64,000 nt of DNA. It comes from Psilocybe cubensis. Lineage: Eukaryota. Both the position numbers and the translations under genes were made by a program. The stretch is from the NCBI GenBank assembly GCA_017499595.2, contig CM039006.1, positions 2,728,001 to 2,792,000 of the forward strand. Reading direction: 5' to 3'. Positions 37,093-51,436 of this stretch are shown in pieces. Below the pieces are notes generated by a model that was given only the letters and a program-made list of their open reading frames with translations, had not been told where the DNA came from and did no database searches. The stretch's first letter is position 1, and each line of letters begins with the position of its first letter.

Positions 37093-37772
37093 CAGTTGAA
37101 CCCCTCTTAACCCATACCTCTCGGTGGACGGCTCAGGGTATGGGTTATCAGGGGTTATGGGTTTCAGGAGGTATGCTAAAAACAGGCCTGAAAATTCGCG
37201 AAAAAATCGTTAAAAATACACAAAAAATTCCTCGATGATAAGACGGATACCAATTAGATACATTTAAGGTACTACTAGCTATGATCTAAAATAATCAGTT
37301 ACTACAGTATCTTTCATTGTTCTGGCTCTTCAAGGTGCAGTTTTCTATTTAATGAGTCCAAAAGTGTTTCAATTGTACGGACAGTACGATTGTCCATGTC
37401 GCTGATGTATTTGGTAAGAACAGAGCGGGGTTGAAAAATTCTTTGCCGAATGATTGCCGAATTTTCCAAGCCAGTGTGTTGAGCCTCCGGCAAATTTTTT
37501 TCATTTTTTGTAGCTACGAGGAGGTTTCAGTGGTACATTACCCAAATAAGCCACCGGCGTACTAAATTTTGACACAAAAGTAAAGGTCCCAGCCTATATA
37601 TGGTAGGTAAAACCTATGGGTTTTGAGAGCGAAGGGTTATGGGTTATGGGTTATTGCGGACTTATGGGTTATGGTGTGCAATTCCCTGCGAACCAAGTTG
37701 GTGGACAGCTGATGCTATGGGTTACCAGGGGTTATGGGTTTTGAGAGGTATGGGTTAAGAGGGGTTCAACTG
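37093..37772. mobile_element. Tc1/mariner-type MITE (680 bp)
   Basis: Perfect 30-bp TIRs CAGTTGAACCCCTCTTAACCCATACCTCTC (37093-37122 / 37743-37772), TA on both flanks, no transposase ORF. Confidence 0.92.
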
Positions 37773-38101
37773 TACTTATCAAAGCGAACTTTGTGAAAAA
37801 TTGAGAGGAGAAAAAGGACACTGGCAAGAGCCATTCTTCATGCCTCGTGTATCATCTACAACCACTGTGAAGGTTCTTCTTAACTCCGCGGCCTGCTCAT
37901 CCTTACTGGCGAAGTTGGCGCGAGGTTCAAAAATCAAACTTCATTTAAGCACGAAGATCGCTCGAGAATCAATTTACAATCACATATTAAATGAGGAGAT
38001 CAGAAATCCTACAAGGCGAGACGTAATATCCCAGACGGGTATACAAATTACAAGAGAAAAAAAGCTCAAGGCAAAAAAAAGAAAAGAAAAGGTTTGTAAG
38101 C

Positions 38102-38701
38102 TCAGCCTTGCTTGTGGCAGGTGTTCTCCTCGAGCTCGATCTCGCGGGACTCTTGCGTGAGCTCACAAGGTGTGCAGCAGAAGGCAGAGCAGCAGTCGCC
38201 CACTCCACCGCCACCGATGTTGTATCGTCCTCTGATGCTGCTTCGGTTCATCATCTGTCAAGTATGCTTTTAGAACGAAGCAAATTGAGGACATAGACTA
38301 TCACAATATTTACCTGCATGATCCATCCAAATCCAAACATAGAGATGCAGCCGTGAATCATACAGTCCGATGTGCAGAAACCGCCGCGTTCGGGGTCAGG
38401 GTAGCCCTTAGTGTGGAGATGCTCATAACGGCGCTTTACTTGGCCGTAGGTGATACAAGGACAGCAGCATGCAACGATGCCTGAAGACAACAAAGAAAGT
38501 AAGTCAGTTAGTTAGCTTTCCGTGCATCAGTTCCACGACAAGAAAGAGAGACGTACATGTTCCGGCGTCGCCGCAACAATCAAAAAGGCCGTGACTCCAA
38601 TCGCGGGTGCCGTCGCTGCTGACTGGGACATTATTGGCATTCCTGTTACCACCATGAACTTGCATGCCAGGGTTGGCCATGGGCTGCTGTGTGTATGCCA
38701 T
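38102..38701 (-). CDS. PLAC8-family Cys-rich protein
   Basis: RDWSHGLFDCCGD, CCCPCITYGQ, IRGRYNIGG...DCCSAFCCTPCELTQESREIELEE across 3 exons. Confidence 0.9.
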
Positions 38702-40538
38702 TTTGACGACCTCGGTGGACGGGGTTTAGGTGTTTTACGGGGTTTTTGTGAAGAATGTCACTTTGGCAGGTCCAAGCGCCCTTATATACGGCCCAAGCAC
38801 TGGTCCCTACATTAGATCCGTTTTGGCAAATTGTGCGTGGAAGACGACCAATACGTAAGCAGCCTCATGTAGCATAGCGCTGAGACTCATCAACAATTGG
38901 GTTGTCAAACAAGATCATCATTCACAAATACAGGGGTACGTGAATAACGAAAGGAGATTCCCATGGGCGTGCTGTGAAGAGGATTGGATGATGTTTCAAT
39001 CAGTATCACTTTCGAACAACAATGTATACATTTCCTTATGTGACACTCGCATAATCCAGCCCTGGATGCCATAGTTTTTATCAGTACCCACCGCAAACGG
39101 CTAGAAGAGGTGGATCGTTTCAAGAATATCCTCAACCCAAGCCTGGGTTAGCGATTAAAAATCGTGCTACGAAGTACTAATCCTTGAAAAACAGTGACAC
39201 AGCCTAGAGCTGATACGGCTGTTCAGCAATTCAACGGTATCCAGGTTGCAACCTCGAAGTCAAGTCGCAGGCTTTACAACGACATTCTAACGGCAATTGC
39301 GATATGCCTCCGGTCTATAATTATAGATCTACATAAAGGGACCGCGAATAGGCGAGACGTCACAAACGCTTATTCGTGCGGCATACCTACAGGGTGCGAG
39401 AGGCAGTGAAACCCCCAACACCGCCATTTGAATACGGAGACCATTGGTTCTAGTCTCTTCCCAACAAACTATATTGGGTCAAATTTGAGCCTTGATAAGT
39501 CTGTTATTACTTTTGCACATACTAGTTTAACATAGCCATATTTTGGCCAAGAACAAGCTTCTCGTATCCGCAAGCTTGAGGTAAATCCTGCAAAACACTA
39601 TAACGAGGCATGACTCATGAGGCCTGCCCAAGACCTGCCTCATGTTAACAGATATTACGAGCGGAGAATAAGCGAGGACAGCCAATATTGTCAATCCTGC
39701 GTTTGTTTCGGGGGCTCCATCAGGGCGCCCAACAGAAATGTCGATGGAGCGAACTTGGGCGCTATACACGCCGTCCCACGCCGGCTCGCGCTGTCGCTAT
39801 CGAATGTTCAAACCTCAAATGATCATTGCTGAACATCCCAGCTATCGCAAACCCACATCAGTCGAGGATCATACTTTCCGGCTTATTCAAAGGCCCTTCG
39901 TGGTGGTATATATAGCTCCAGGCGATCAAGAACAAGTGAGTTCTTGGCCGGTTACGCTGTTAACCATACTCCGCATCCACTCCATCTTATACACCCTTCC
40001 CATGAATTTTGTTTTGACAGAGCAACGCCGCTGATGGATGTTGTCTCTGCAACTTCCTTAGGTTATTAACAGAGCACAAAAAAGAACATATCATTATATC
40101 TGTTATTTGATAGTTAAATGCCAGTTTCATTCGCAATTGAAATGTAAATGCGGTGTCTGACGTAGAACTTCAATTTGAGCGGTCGATGTCGGTCAATTCG
40201 GGGCAATAGGTAACGATAGTTTGCGATAATTGTCGAGGTTTCGAGAACAGGTTTGAGTTACAGTATCGTAGCGGAGACCCAGTTAGTATAAGACCCCAAA
40301 GTAACCTTTTCGAAGCTCTCGGGTACAAAAAAAAAGAGAAACAGGGAATTCAGGGTGGCAGGTACAGGCGATAGGAGATGATTCAAAAAACCAAGATACG
40401 AAAAAAGACAAGTGTTTGAAAATCATATTTATAAATTACAAACCTTGTACAGTTCTCCGCGTGAATAATTGGTCTCCGACAGTTAACTAGTGAGCCAAGT
40501 TCAAACTCAGACGGAAAGTTGAAAATTACATAAGAGTC

Positions 40539-41220
40539 AATTCCTACGGAATTATTCAAATGATGGTATCTCAACTTTGATGGCTGATGGGAACAATTCT
40601 CACATCCCAAAAATAGAAATGTGTGACACATTGGCGAAACACATCTAAAAATGTGCCCAGCGGCCGCCTGTGTAAGCTATCTATCCTTTTGCATTTGTTA
40701 CTGTTCTTTGAACCATTTTTCCAATGCCTGGAGGATAGTTGAAGAATAAATTACTTTATATAAGCAATTGACTATTAGCAAGTGTATATAAAATGTAATA
40801 AATGTAGAAGATATAAACAAATATAAAGTAATTAAACGAGTGAAAAATGTAAAATCGGAAGTCACAACACTTCAGTAAATGCTCCTAAACCTTCAAGCTG
40901 AATTCTAACCCATTCAGAACAAACATCTACCTCTGTAAGTTCTAAATAAGTATCAATAGAACTTTGATCATTCTTTAAAATGCTGTATTTCATTTAACTA
41001 CATTGAATACACATGTATAATATGTTTAGAGCTTGTGAATGTGATGGAAAAAAGGTGAACGTAGGGCAAAAACATTGAAATTGCGAGGTTACACACAATA
41101 ATCAGTCGTGGATCAGCCGTGTGACTGAAATGTGACGCCTACCCAAATTGGGACGTGAGAATTGTTCCCATCAGCCATCAAATTTGAGAATACCATCATT
41201 TGAATAATTCCGTAGGAATT
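40539..41220. mobile_element. Probable MITE (~680 bp, ~72-bp imperfect TIRs, AT-rich interior)
   Basis: AATTCCTACGGAATTATTCAAATGATGGTAT...TTCTCACATCCCAA (40539-40610) is inverted at 41148-41220; exact termini and TSD unclear. Confidence 0.75.
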
Positions 41221-42033
41221 ATAAACTCTTCTTTGTTCTCGACCGCCATCTTACCGCCGTCGGCGTCACCTACCCACAAAATCCAACGCACCTCGCAAAA
41301 ATAACCTTGAAGTGGGCCCGGAAGCGGGAGTACAATGCACTGTAAATCCTCTCAATTCTCACATATCTAGTATCTGCTGCTAAATGATGTGACACGTTGC
41401 TCAGGATTCCGCCAGGCGGGACTCAAATGGAATTTGAATATTATGATATTGTTTTTTGCTTCATGATTCACTCGATAGAACTACCGAGTGACTCCGAATA
41501 CTCATCCAAAGTGTTGATGTACTCAGATAATTCGAGTCATCGACTCCCATCAATAATTTTAACTACAAGAGTTGGATTGTCAATCCAAACCTGCGCATAA
41601 ATTGTGGTGCTCGACATATTTTCGACGCATCATGTGGGCATGAATCAAAGTTGACGGCTCGTTCTTCTTGTCTGTGCTAGTGCACCCATCAATTTTCCGT
41701 CTTTCTCCGCACACTTCATAGATGGTCACCTGGTCGCTGGCACAAAGGCAAGGATTCTTGATTTCTCCGAGGCATACAGTTGAGCCATTGACTCCTTCAT
41801 TTCATGGCCGGTGGAGCAATAGAAAGGTATCTTGAGACTACAAAGGAGAAATTGGTGTGATATTCCTTGGCCTTAAACTGTTTTATGATCACGCAGTCAC
41901 CATAATCTTTTCGCTAACGGCCTTTTTTCTGCATAAATATAGGATACCCTAACATATAAATTCCCTAGTGTAGGCAATAAACAGCCAACGCAACCTTGTT
42001 ACAGAGCTGCTTTTACTGTTAACTAGTCTAACG

Positions 42034-43862
42034 ATGATCGGGGAACTCTTTACTATCACCCTCGTCCTTGCCATAGTGACAGTGACCTGGGCTGATTTGT
42101 CACCACCCAAACCCTCTGCAGCATGGGTATGTACTCTACCATTATGTTCACAACGATTGAATAATATCTCTCTACCTTTCAGCCTTTCGATGTAACCGAA
42201 ATCAAGGCACCAGATGGCTCTATAACTGCAAAGTTTGTCTCTCTAGGTGCAACGCTTACAGAACTTTGGGTAAAGGATAGAGAAGGAAAATTCAGGGACG
42301 TGGTCTTAGGATACGATGATAATGTAAGTCGAGAATGGGATTTTAGGAACCCCGTAAAACGACTGACAACTATGCAGTCGCAGCTACTCACTGACCCCGC
42401 GCATCCTGTGTTCAATGCAATCGTTGGGAGGTAAGCTACATGTCATGACTGTGATATTACCGACACTGAGCCTATTTTAGATACGCAAATCGGATTAAGA
42501 ACGGTTAATTTCTCTACCAATACCTCGAAATAGACTATTTATCTCGTCATCGACAGGAACGTTCTCCATCCCCATATCTAAGAACCCAGACCCAAACGCA
42601 CCGAACACCTACCATATCCCAACCAATGACCAAAACGGTTAGTCACGCGCTCTCGAAGATTATCCGAATATTTACATTGTTCATAGGGCAGGTTTGTCGT
42701 CCCAAAATTAACCAGTTGAAACCGCATAGCTGAAGGATTGTACGCGGCTCTTGCAGGTGACGCTTCATGGGGGCATTGTGGGGTGGGATCGTCGTAACTG
42801 GACCATTGTAGAGAAGACTCCATCCAGCGTCACGTACAAACATGTCGACAACGCAGATGAAGGATTCCCTGGAGATGTCACCGTCTTTGTGAGGATTTTT
42901 GACTTAGCCTGAGAAATACGCTGCTTCATACTAATCTCAATCTTCACAGGCTACTCATACAGTTTCCAACGGAGGCATCCTACGGACCAAGCTACGAGCA
43001 ACAGCATCGCAAAAGGTAAGTTTTTTTATAATATATATATATCGACTCGCATGAGCTCACGGTTCGTTAGACTCCGATTATGTTGACCCAACACGTATAC
43101 TGGAACCTTGATGCTTTCCAGCAGGGAAGCAATGACATTTTCAACCATGAGCTGAGACTCGACGCGTCTCGCTACATCGAGCTCGATGATATTGCTATTC
43201 CTACAGGAAGATTCACAGATGTTAAAGGAACACCGCTTGATTTTACAAAACAGCAGAAAATTGGTGCAAGATGGAATGAAACTGTTGATTTATGTGGCTC
43301 TGGTGCGTGATCATACGGTACATGTATATTTGTTGATGCTTATAACTTCATGTTCCGCGTATCAAATTTATAGGATGCCAAGGGTACAATGGCGGATTTG
43401 TGTTCGATCGACCAGACCAAAAGACAAGCAAAGTCTCTCTCCAGAGCCAATTGTCTGGCATCAAGTAAGATTTTCTCCACGGTATCAATCCCATGGTCGA
43501 TTCCGATGAAGTTGACGATATGATAGAGTGGATATCTCCACGGACCAGCCTGTTGTGGTGGTTTACACTTCATATTGGTTGAATGTACCTCGCAAGGCTA
43601 TTCACGGTGGGCCATCTCTTAATTATGGTCCAGAAGCCGCAGTAGCTTTGGAGCAACAAGGATATATTGCGGCCATAAACACACCGGAGTGGCATGTAGA
43701 CCAAATATGTGAGTCTAATGTCTAGATACATCCAAGCGGATACGATTCTTCTCATCGACGTTGATATATAATATATGACTGACGGGGATGCCTTTTTTTT
43801 GCTCAGATTACCCTGGGAGAGAGTTCAATTGGAATACAGAGTACAAGTTTTCCACGATTTAA
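42034..43862 (+). CDS. Aldose 1-epimerase (galactose mutarotase-like), predicted secreted
   Basis: GATLTELWVKDREG...DVVLGYD, GRYANRIKNG, TLHGG, EGFPG, MLTQHVYWNL, ALEQQ; hydrophobic N-terminus; many short exons. Confidence 0.9.
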
Positions 43863-44848
43863 TTTCGATCTGGAAAGCTGAAAGACTTCTTGTCGCTGAT
43901 GTCCTTTCTACGTCATGTACAAATGTATAATTCCAATGGTCACTGTCTGATGTTATTCTCACTGGAATTTATGGAAGATGCTATCAGTTTGCTCCGCATG
44001 GCAAGCCGTCCGTTTTCGCGCCCTTGTACGCCTATTCTTAAACTCGACATTGGAGGACCTGCCCGCATAATTCTAAGGCTTCTTAAAACTTAACCGTCCT
44101 AGGCCGTGGACCTAACGAGCAATCTGTCTAATGTAGGCAACATCGTAGCATTTTGACGTCCGGTATGACGTCTGAGACTCGAACAGCTAGGAAGTGGTTA
44201 ACCACCTTCTAAGCTTCGATTTTGACTTCAGCTACTATAGAGTGACAATTTGAAATCGGCTGACATTTTAGTTCCAGCAACCAATAACAAATCAAACGCG
44301 TTTCCCCAACGTGTGACTGGACGCAAATCCAACAGAATCTAGCCCATTTGAGTGCCTTTTCTATTTCCTGTTTGGCCAAGCTACTCCAAAATTGTCGAGT
44401 CGTCGACTGTCCACGAGCTTCCTCGCGACTTTTGGCCACCAGTAGAGAGAAAATTTGGCATATCGACCAATCATCGTGCGGGGTGTGTATACACAAATAC
44501 GCGAAGTCTTTGGCGTTGATTCCATATTCTTGGAGGCTCCACTTTGTGCCGGAATCCGTTCCGCTCCTTTCGTCCATTTCATTGCCATCATACGAACATC
44601 GGTACACATCGTGCTCTTTTCAAATTTTCTCCTATTTCCAAGCACGAAAACGGGCAAAAGGTTGCCTATGATAGTAACCGTTGAACCGTACTGAACTGAG
44701 GACGAAATTGGGCCTGTGGTGACGTACAATCCTTGAAATATCCTCCTTTCCATATCTCCTCGTCTTCGTGACTTTCACGCTACCCCTTTCCCCCTCTTCT
44801 TCATCTTGTCCTGGGTGCATTGGAGGGAGGCCCACTTACCCCTGAGCC

Positions 44849-46601
44849 ATGGATGCCGAGCTCACCCAACAAACCTTCAACGCTATTGCGAGGGATTTGT
44901 GAGTGTCTGTGCTTGCAATCGTACATGGGTTGAAGGCTGATTCGACGTCGTGTTTGTAGAATGGCCGCCAAAATGTTTTCTCTGGCATCCTGTGGTGAGC
45001 TAAGTCCCCCTTCATGAGCTGTGGAATACCCCTAACCTGTAGCCCCTATGCGGTGCAGTGATGCTGTTCTACGATATCGCTCTGACATTTGGAGAAGAAG
45101 TCGAGAGAATATGGATGCGGCCATTTTCCCTGTTCACTATCCTTTGGTTTGGGGTGAGCTTCTTGAAAATCGAACGAGTGCTGCGTTGCAATTTGCTAAG
45201 CAAATATCAAGAATCGATATATTACCCCTTTGGCGTATATTGTGATCATCGTTTGTGAGTAGTCTCGCAGAAGTTAGCGCAGGGGAAATATTCATGTCGT
45301 TGTATAGCGTTCCATGACCCAAGCTGGAGTAAAGAAGTCTGCGATCGTTATGTGCTCTTCCCTGAAGCGTTAAAAACCGTGACAACCTTCATTATCGGTG
45401 GTCAGTGTCCCTTTCATTTCTCATAATGGTCATTCTACGCTCACTCTGCACGCGCACGCGTTTCCTCGATACCAGCTGTCTTCATCACTCGAGTCTATGC
45501 AATATACTCTCGGAAGATGTGGGTTTTGGTATTTGGTGTCTTTCTATTGGTGGTGGAATTAGGGCTGAAGATCGTGAGTGTTTAACTTACTCATTGAACT
45601 AAATGTCTTAATAATTCGGCTTAGTGGTCATTTACCGATGGTGTTTCACTTGATCTCCCTCCAGGTAAGGTCTATCCGCACCAAAACTTTACTCAGCTGA
45701 TTTGCGCAATTTTACAGGTCTGGTGGGTTGCATCCTGACCGGAAAGCATCATATGTGAGTCTCCTCATTTCATGCCTAGCCTTATTAAACTGAAAAGATA
45801 TTCACAGGCGAATGGCGTTTACATGGATTGCAGAACTGATCTTTGGTGACTGCATTCCATAAAAATTACAACGGTTGGCTGATCATCTGGCTTGAATAGA
45901 TACTGTAATGTTCTTCATGACGTTCTGGAGGACAGCCAGGTTCAACCAACAAATGCACGGCAATTCATTATCGCTTTATAAGCTTATTCTGCGAGACGGT
46001 GTGTGCAGGAAAGGGAATATCGGAATAGGCGATTAACATGGATTGTACAGGGGTCGTATACTTTGGTGTAATTTTTATCGCGAACCTGGCTACAACTTTG
46101 ATTTACCTCGTGAGTGTTAATGTTTTTAAAACGGAAAGGCGGACTTGGCTTACACCGTAGTTTACCAGCTTGCACCTGTCAGTAACATTTTTTCGATCAG
46201 CTTTCATGAAATGGTTTATTCATTCGTTCTTGCAGCCAAACTTGAAAGCCATCAATGCGAGCTTCAGCACACTGTGAGTACTGGCAGAATGCTTGGATGT
46301 ATGATATTTTATGGAATTTCTCCAGAATAACCAGCTTAATGGTCTCCCGGTTGATTCTTAATCTCCGACATGCAGGGTCTGTAAGAGAAATTAGAATGGA
46401 GAGTTCCCGCCAGCCTGACGGGAGGTGGACATACGAGGTTTATGATGGAAGGCCAGAGACGGGTGAGTGGTCAATTGTACAAGGAGAACGTCACTTATTA
46501 ATACATGGTCCTCTTATACAGAAGTCGACAACATCAGCGACCTTTTTACCGCTCGAAGAAGCGCTGTGGCATCCAATGCCTCTCTCAACGCTGCAAAGTA
46601 A
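44849..46601 (+). CDS. DUF6533-like multi-pass membrane protein
   Basis: MLFYDIALTFGEEVERIW...LWF|NRY, TRVYAIY, LILRDG|VVYF, SLMVSRLILNLR. Confidence 0.8.
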
Positions 46602-47113
46602 TAAATTTGTAGGATCTAGTTTGCATTCAACTCTGTATCTCTTCGTATATCCCAGCCGGACACTAGGTCGTCCGGCCATACCACTGCAATCCGCAACGAC
46701 AATACCAATCCAGTCCTTTCATTCAAAGAAGCCAACCCATGGACAGATTTTCATTTACTGAAAAATATTAATCTCGGGCTCGCTGCAAGATACCCAAGAA
46801 GCATCTTCACAGTTACGTGGTTAACTGGGTGAGGTGCCGCAGGGTGGTGATCGGCGTTGGATTTCAAAAGTTTGAGAGGAGATACGCTCAGGAATTGTTC
46901 AAGAATTTTGTTCAGTTTTTTAACCCGTTTAAGGGTGAATTTTGAGAGATATCAGAGAAAAGCAGTCTACAAGCAGTCTACGTTTGAGGCAAGCCGCAAG
47001 GTTGCCATTTTTGAGCGTGTCAAGTCAGCGAAGGTCGTAGCCAAGCAAGTACAAACAATACTACTTTTCGTGCTCATTCAAAAATTGAGGTTATAACCCA
47101 GACACTATATCCA

Positions 47114-48314
47114 ATGGCTTCATCGTGAGTTTATCTAGACGTACTACCGTTTCATACTGGTTTTTAATCGACTTGTGAAGAGTACCAAAAACATCATGGG
47201 CCGACGATGTCGAGGAGCCAGGCAAGTTGGGAGAGGCTTCCTTCTTGATGAAATATCTGATCAATAAACACCAGAGTTGCCCAAAAACGAGGAATTCGTG
47301 GATGAAAACGGAGTCAGGACTACCATTGAATATGCTTTCAACGAGGAAGGAAAGATTGTCAAAGTACATGTTGATGTATTCTTCTTTTTGATCTGCACTA
47401 AAGGATGATTTCAGACTACCCGACGAACAAAACGCACCCTCCAAAAGTCTGTGGTTGATCATGCTGTCGCCGAAAGGCAGAAGTGGGCGAAGTTTGGGTT
47501 GGAGAAAAACAACAAACCAGGGCCAGATAGGGCGACAACAACCGTTGGAGAAAACGTTGTTTTGAAGTTGAGCGCCGGAAACAAAGTGAGCAGAACGTTT
47601 GATGGATGCAAGCCTTGCGCTGACGGTCCCGAAGCATGCGGAAACTGAACAGGCTCCGGAAGAAGCTATGAAGAATAAGGTCAAGGCCGCCGGAGCTGGA
47701 AAAGTCTCCTGTCGTCTGTGCAAAGGAGACCATTTCACGGCCAAGTGTCCTTACAAAGATACTTTGGGTGGTCTTGAAAACACTGGTTCGCTTTGTCACT
47801 TTTTTTTTCTCGATACTGTCTGACACTTACTTCAAGATACTGGAGCGGGCCCAGACGACGATACAGGAGCGGGTCCCGACATCTCAGCACCAGCAGCCGT
47901 TGGAGGTAAATACGTCCCTCCCTCAATGCGTGGTGCAGCCGGTGGTGCCCGTGGACCGGGAGAATCAATGCGTGGCGCAGGAGGCAACCGTGACGACCTT
48001 CCTACCTTGCGTGTTACCAACATCTCAGAAGATACCCAAGAGAACGATTTGCGAGAATTGTTCGGTGTGTTTGGTAGAGTCGCGAGGGTGTACGTTGGAA
48101 GAGACAGGGAGACTGGTGCCGGAAAAGGATTTGCGTTCGTTAGTTTCGAAGACAAGGCAAATGCCCAGAAGGCCATCGACAAGGTACACGGACGTGGATA
48201 CGACAATCTTATTCTCAGTGTCCAGTGGAGTCGTGAGTCATAACCGAATTATTTGTAAGAAGTATGCTGACCACTATTGTATCGCATTCAGAACCCCGAC
48301 CAGATGGGAGATAA
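47114..48314 (+). CDS. TIF35: Eukaryotic translation initiation factor 3 subunit G
   Basis: SWADDVE, VAERQKWAKFG, CRLCKGDHFTAKCPY zinc knuckle, KYVPPSMR, RRM TLRVTNISED...KGFAFVSF...GYDNLILSVQWS. Confidence 0.95.
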
Positions 48315-48480
48315 TCTGGATACCAAAATTCCATGCTTAATTTGCTTTCGTTTTGTTGTATTTCTTTCGGCAATACATGATTTGGTTTACGACTTAACCA
48401 ACCTAACAATGCTATTACCACGTTTATCAACTATGTGCCGCACTGTATTTCTTTCTACCTTCAAGAAGTGTTTGTATGCA

Positions 48481-50621
48481 TCAGTATGAATCAGCTGCAG
48501 CTTGTATGAGCATGGTGCACTCCTTCGATCGCGGTTTGATGGTACATTTGAAAGGAAGGGGATGGCTATTGCAGACAGTATCGGTGAGCTTTCTACATAG
48601 ACAATCTTGCTCTAGGAGAACTAACCATATCAAAGCAGATTCATACTCGACACAAGGCTTGATAGGACGCCCGTCATCATCAATAGCCTCTGTTATATTG
48701 AATGTCGCTAGCACTGTCGCGGCAGTCAGCCATAATGCCGATATCGCTATGTGGTTTCCTGGACATAATCTGCAGTGAAGTGAATTAGTCATGTCTTCCG
48801 TGTCAAAATCTTACGCTCCACTGACCTACGACCGAAACCAAATGCCATTTCAGCGGGATCGCGAACGTTGGGGTTTAGCTTCCCGTCTTTGATGAAGCGT
48901 TCGGGTTTAAATAGAGATGGTTCAGGATAGTCTTCTTCATTGTGCAACATTGCCCTAGAACACGATCAAAGGTGCGTCCTAGGTGATTGTTGTTTGAATG
49001 GATCTTACCATGCGTTTCCGATAACCAGGGACCCTTTAGGAATATGGTAACCATTGTATACATCGTCCTCGCTGGAGTAGTGGGGGACACCTGTAAGATC
49101 CCATTGGTCTTCAATGCATCATATGAAACACCCGCAAAATTTACCTATTGGTGTGGAGGGCTCCCATCTAGGCCATGTCAACCAGATTATTTCTGCACAT
49201 TTATAATCAAAACAAACCTGAGTGTTTCTTTCACTAAAGCAGACAAATATGGCAGGTCAGCTTCGTCCGAAAACTCGGGCAGCCTTCCTTGAAGTACACG
49301 ATCGATTTCTTGCTGTGCTTTTTTCTGGACCTCTGGGAAGCATAGCATTGCGACGAAAAATGTGTGTATGGCAGATATCGTAGTATCGGTAGCGGCTAAA
49401 GCAAGTCACTTGACGTTAGATAAACAGGTAAGTAGATTATGCTTCTTACCGGCAAACATGTTGCCAGCTGTATCTTTGATGATTGTGCGCTGATGATCAA
49501 CGTCCCTGCTTTCGTCTAGATTTTCCAAACACGTCGAAGTAAACGACACTTTTGCACTTCCTGACGCCTGCGAATCATTTCAGTCGGCCAACGCAATAAT
49601 AAGAGCACAAGACTGACGATATTTTTTAGTGTGGCTGCAAACGGAATCTCGCGCATGTTCTCCTGTACCTTTCTCCATATCCTAGCCTTTTTCTTGAATC
49701 CAGCGCCAGGGAAAAATTCCGGCACGTATTTTAGCGCTGGGATCATGTCAACAAGAAATGCACCAGGAATAGCGACTTCGCCGATGCTTTTCACGGCTGC
49801 TTCGGAAACGCGGAGATACGGGTCGTTCTTCTCCTGAATATCTAATCCATAGGCCAATGTTAACGCCATTGATCCCAGTGCACTATCGAAAATTCATAAA
49901 CCATCGCACTGTCATCGAGTGGGGGATATGGATTCTTACTGTCGAGTGATGCTGAGGAAATCTTCGGGCTCTTTCAAAAGACGCGGCAGCATCTTACGCA
50001 CGGCTTGCATCTGGACAGGCTCGTAGAGATGCGCGTTTCCAACATGAAAGTATTGCTGGAACGCCTTTCGGCGCTCTCTCCAAGGTTCGCCGTACACCAT
50101 TCCCGACATGAGCCAATCCCAGCCGATCCTAAAGAAAATTGTTTAGAAATATAAAGTTACCCTCAGACACGTACTCACAACTCGCTAAACATGGTCATTT
50201 GGGCCCTAGGTCGATGACGTTAGCTATCTGTGCTGAAGGTTGATGAGCTCTGGCGTACCGACTCGAATATATAGACGACCTTTTTTCGAACAAGTCATTG
50301 GCCGCTTTGAAGCTATTGAGGATGATGAAGTGGCTACCGGCCACGCTTAAATGTAAAACGTCGGAATCTAAGGCCAGCGGCGTTCTATTAGTCGGCAGAT
50401 ATAGCTGATGATCCACACGACTTACCGAACGTCTTCCCCCACTCTGCATACCTCTTCCATGCAAATGTAGTAGGTACATCGAGCAAATTTCCGAGGAGAA
50501 AATGCTTTTTGGGGCCAGGAGGATATGGTAGAGTATAGCGCTTCCTCTTCTGCAGATATAACACTATTCCGGCGAAGAGCGAGGCGGCCAGCAGTATCCC
50601 ATTTGTAGTTTCAAAAGCCAT
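48481..50621 (-). CDS. Cytochrome P450 (CYP5144/CYP64-like), multi-exon
   Basis: N-terminal TM + YPPGPK, AATDTT I-helix, KETLR, FKPERF, AFGFGRR|LCPG heme motif. Confidence 0.95.
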
Positions 50622-51436
50622 TAATAAAATAGAACGTTGAAAGGGCAAGATTTCTTCGACATGAAATCTTTTCACCTTTTTATGTCTTGTTGACTACAAC
50701 TCGAATTCGATTCGAAACGCAACAGCATTTTTGTGATAGAAGATCAGAACAATGCCGTATAGATGTCGTACTCCTTCCCCATGTAATCGAACCCAATGAC
50801 TGTTCGATTTCAGGGTGAGTGGTGTGTGAAAGTTTTTCATATTGATTCGTTGCTTCTTTCGAAACCCTGCGGAAAACGGGCCTGACAGTATACTTGGCGG
50901 GATCCATTCGGTCATTGTAGTGGCTCTATACATATAATCTATAAATCTGATAGACTTTCGAGATGATCCTCATTTTTGGTAGTGTGACTAACAAATACTT
51001 TATCATGAAGAATTCCCTTGGGCCCATTTCCATAGAATAATCAAATTTTGAACAAATCGGCTGATCAATGATTAGCTCTACTGATAAAGCATTGAATATA
51101 ATGTGTGTTCAGGGTCCAGGCACCTTACCTCTTCTACAAGTGTCAGCTTTATAGTGTGAGATCTTTGAACAGTCAGAATCAATGAAACATATGAATTTAT
51201 TCAGGTGTTATTATACAAAATAATGTATTATGACTGTATAAAGTGAAGCATTGTCCATTTTTTTTTCTTCCGCTAATGCAGGGGTTTTGTGAGGTTATAG
51301 GTGGACAACAAATCAAAATACACAGCAAATGGAAAGAAAGATGAAATGAGAGTAATTCAATGAAGGAGTGGATGTTAATAGAGATAGGAATAAAATAAGA
51401 AGGCAAAAGAAAGAAGAAGTAAAAATTGAACCCTAT

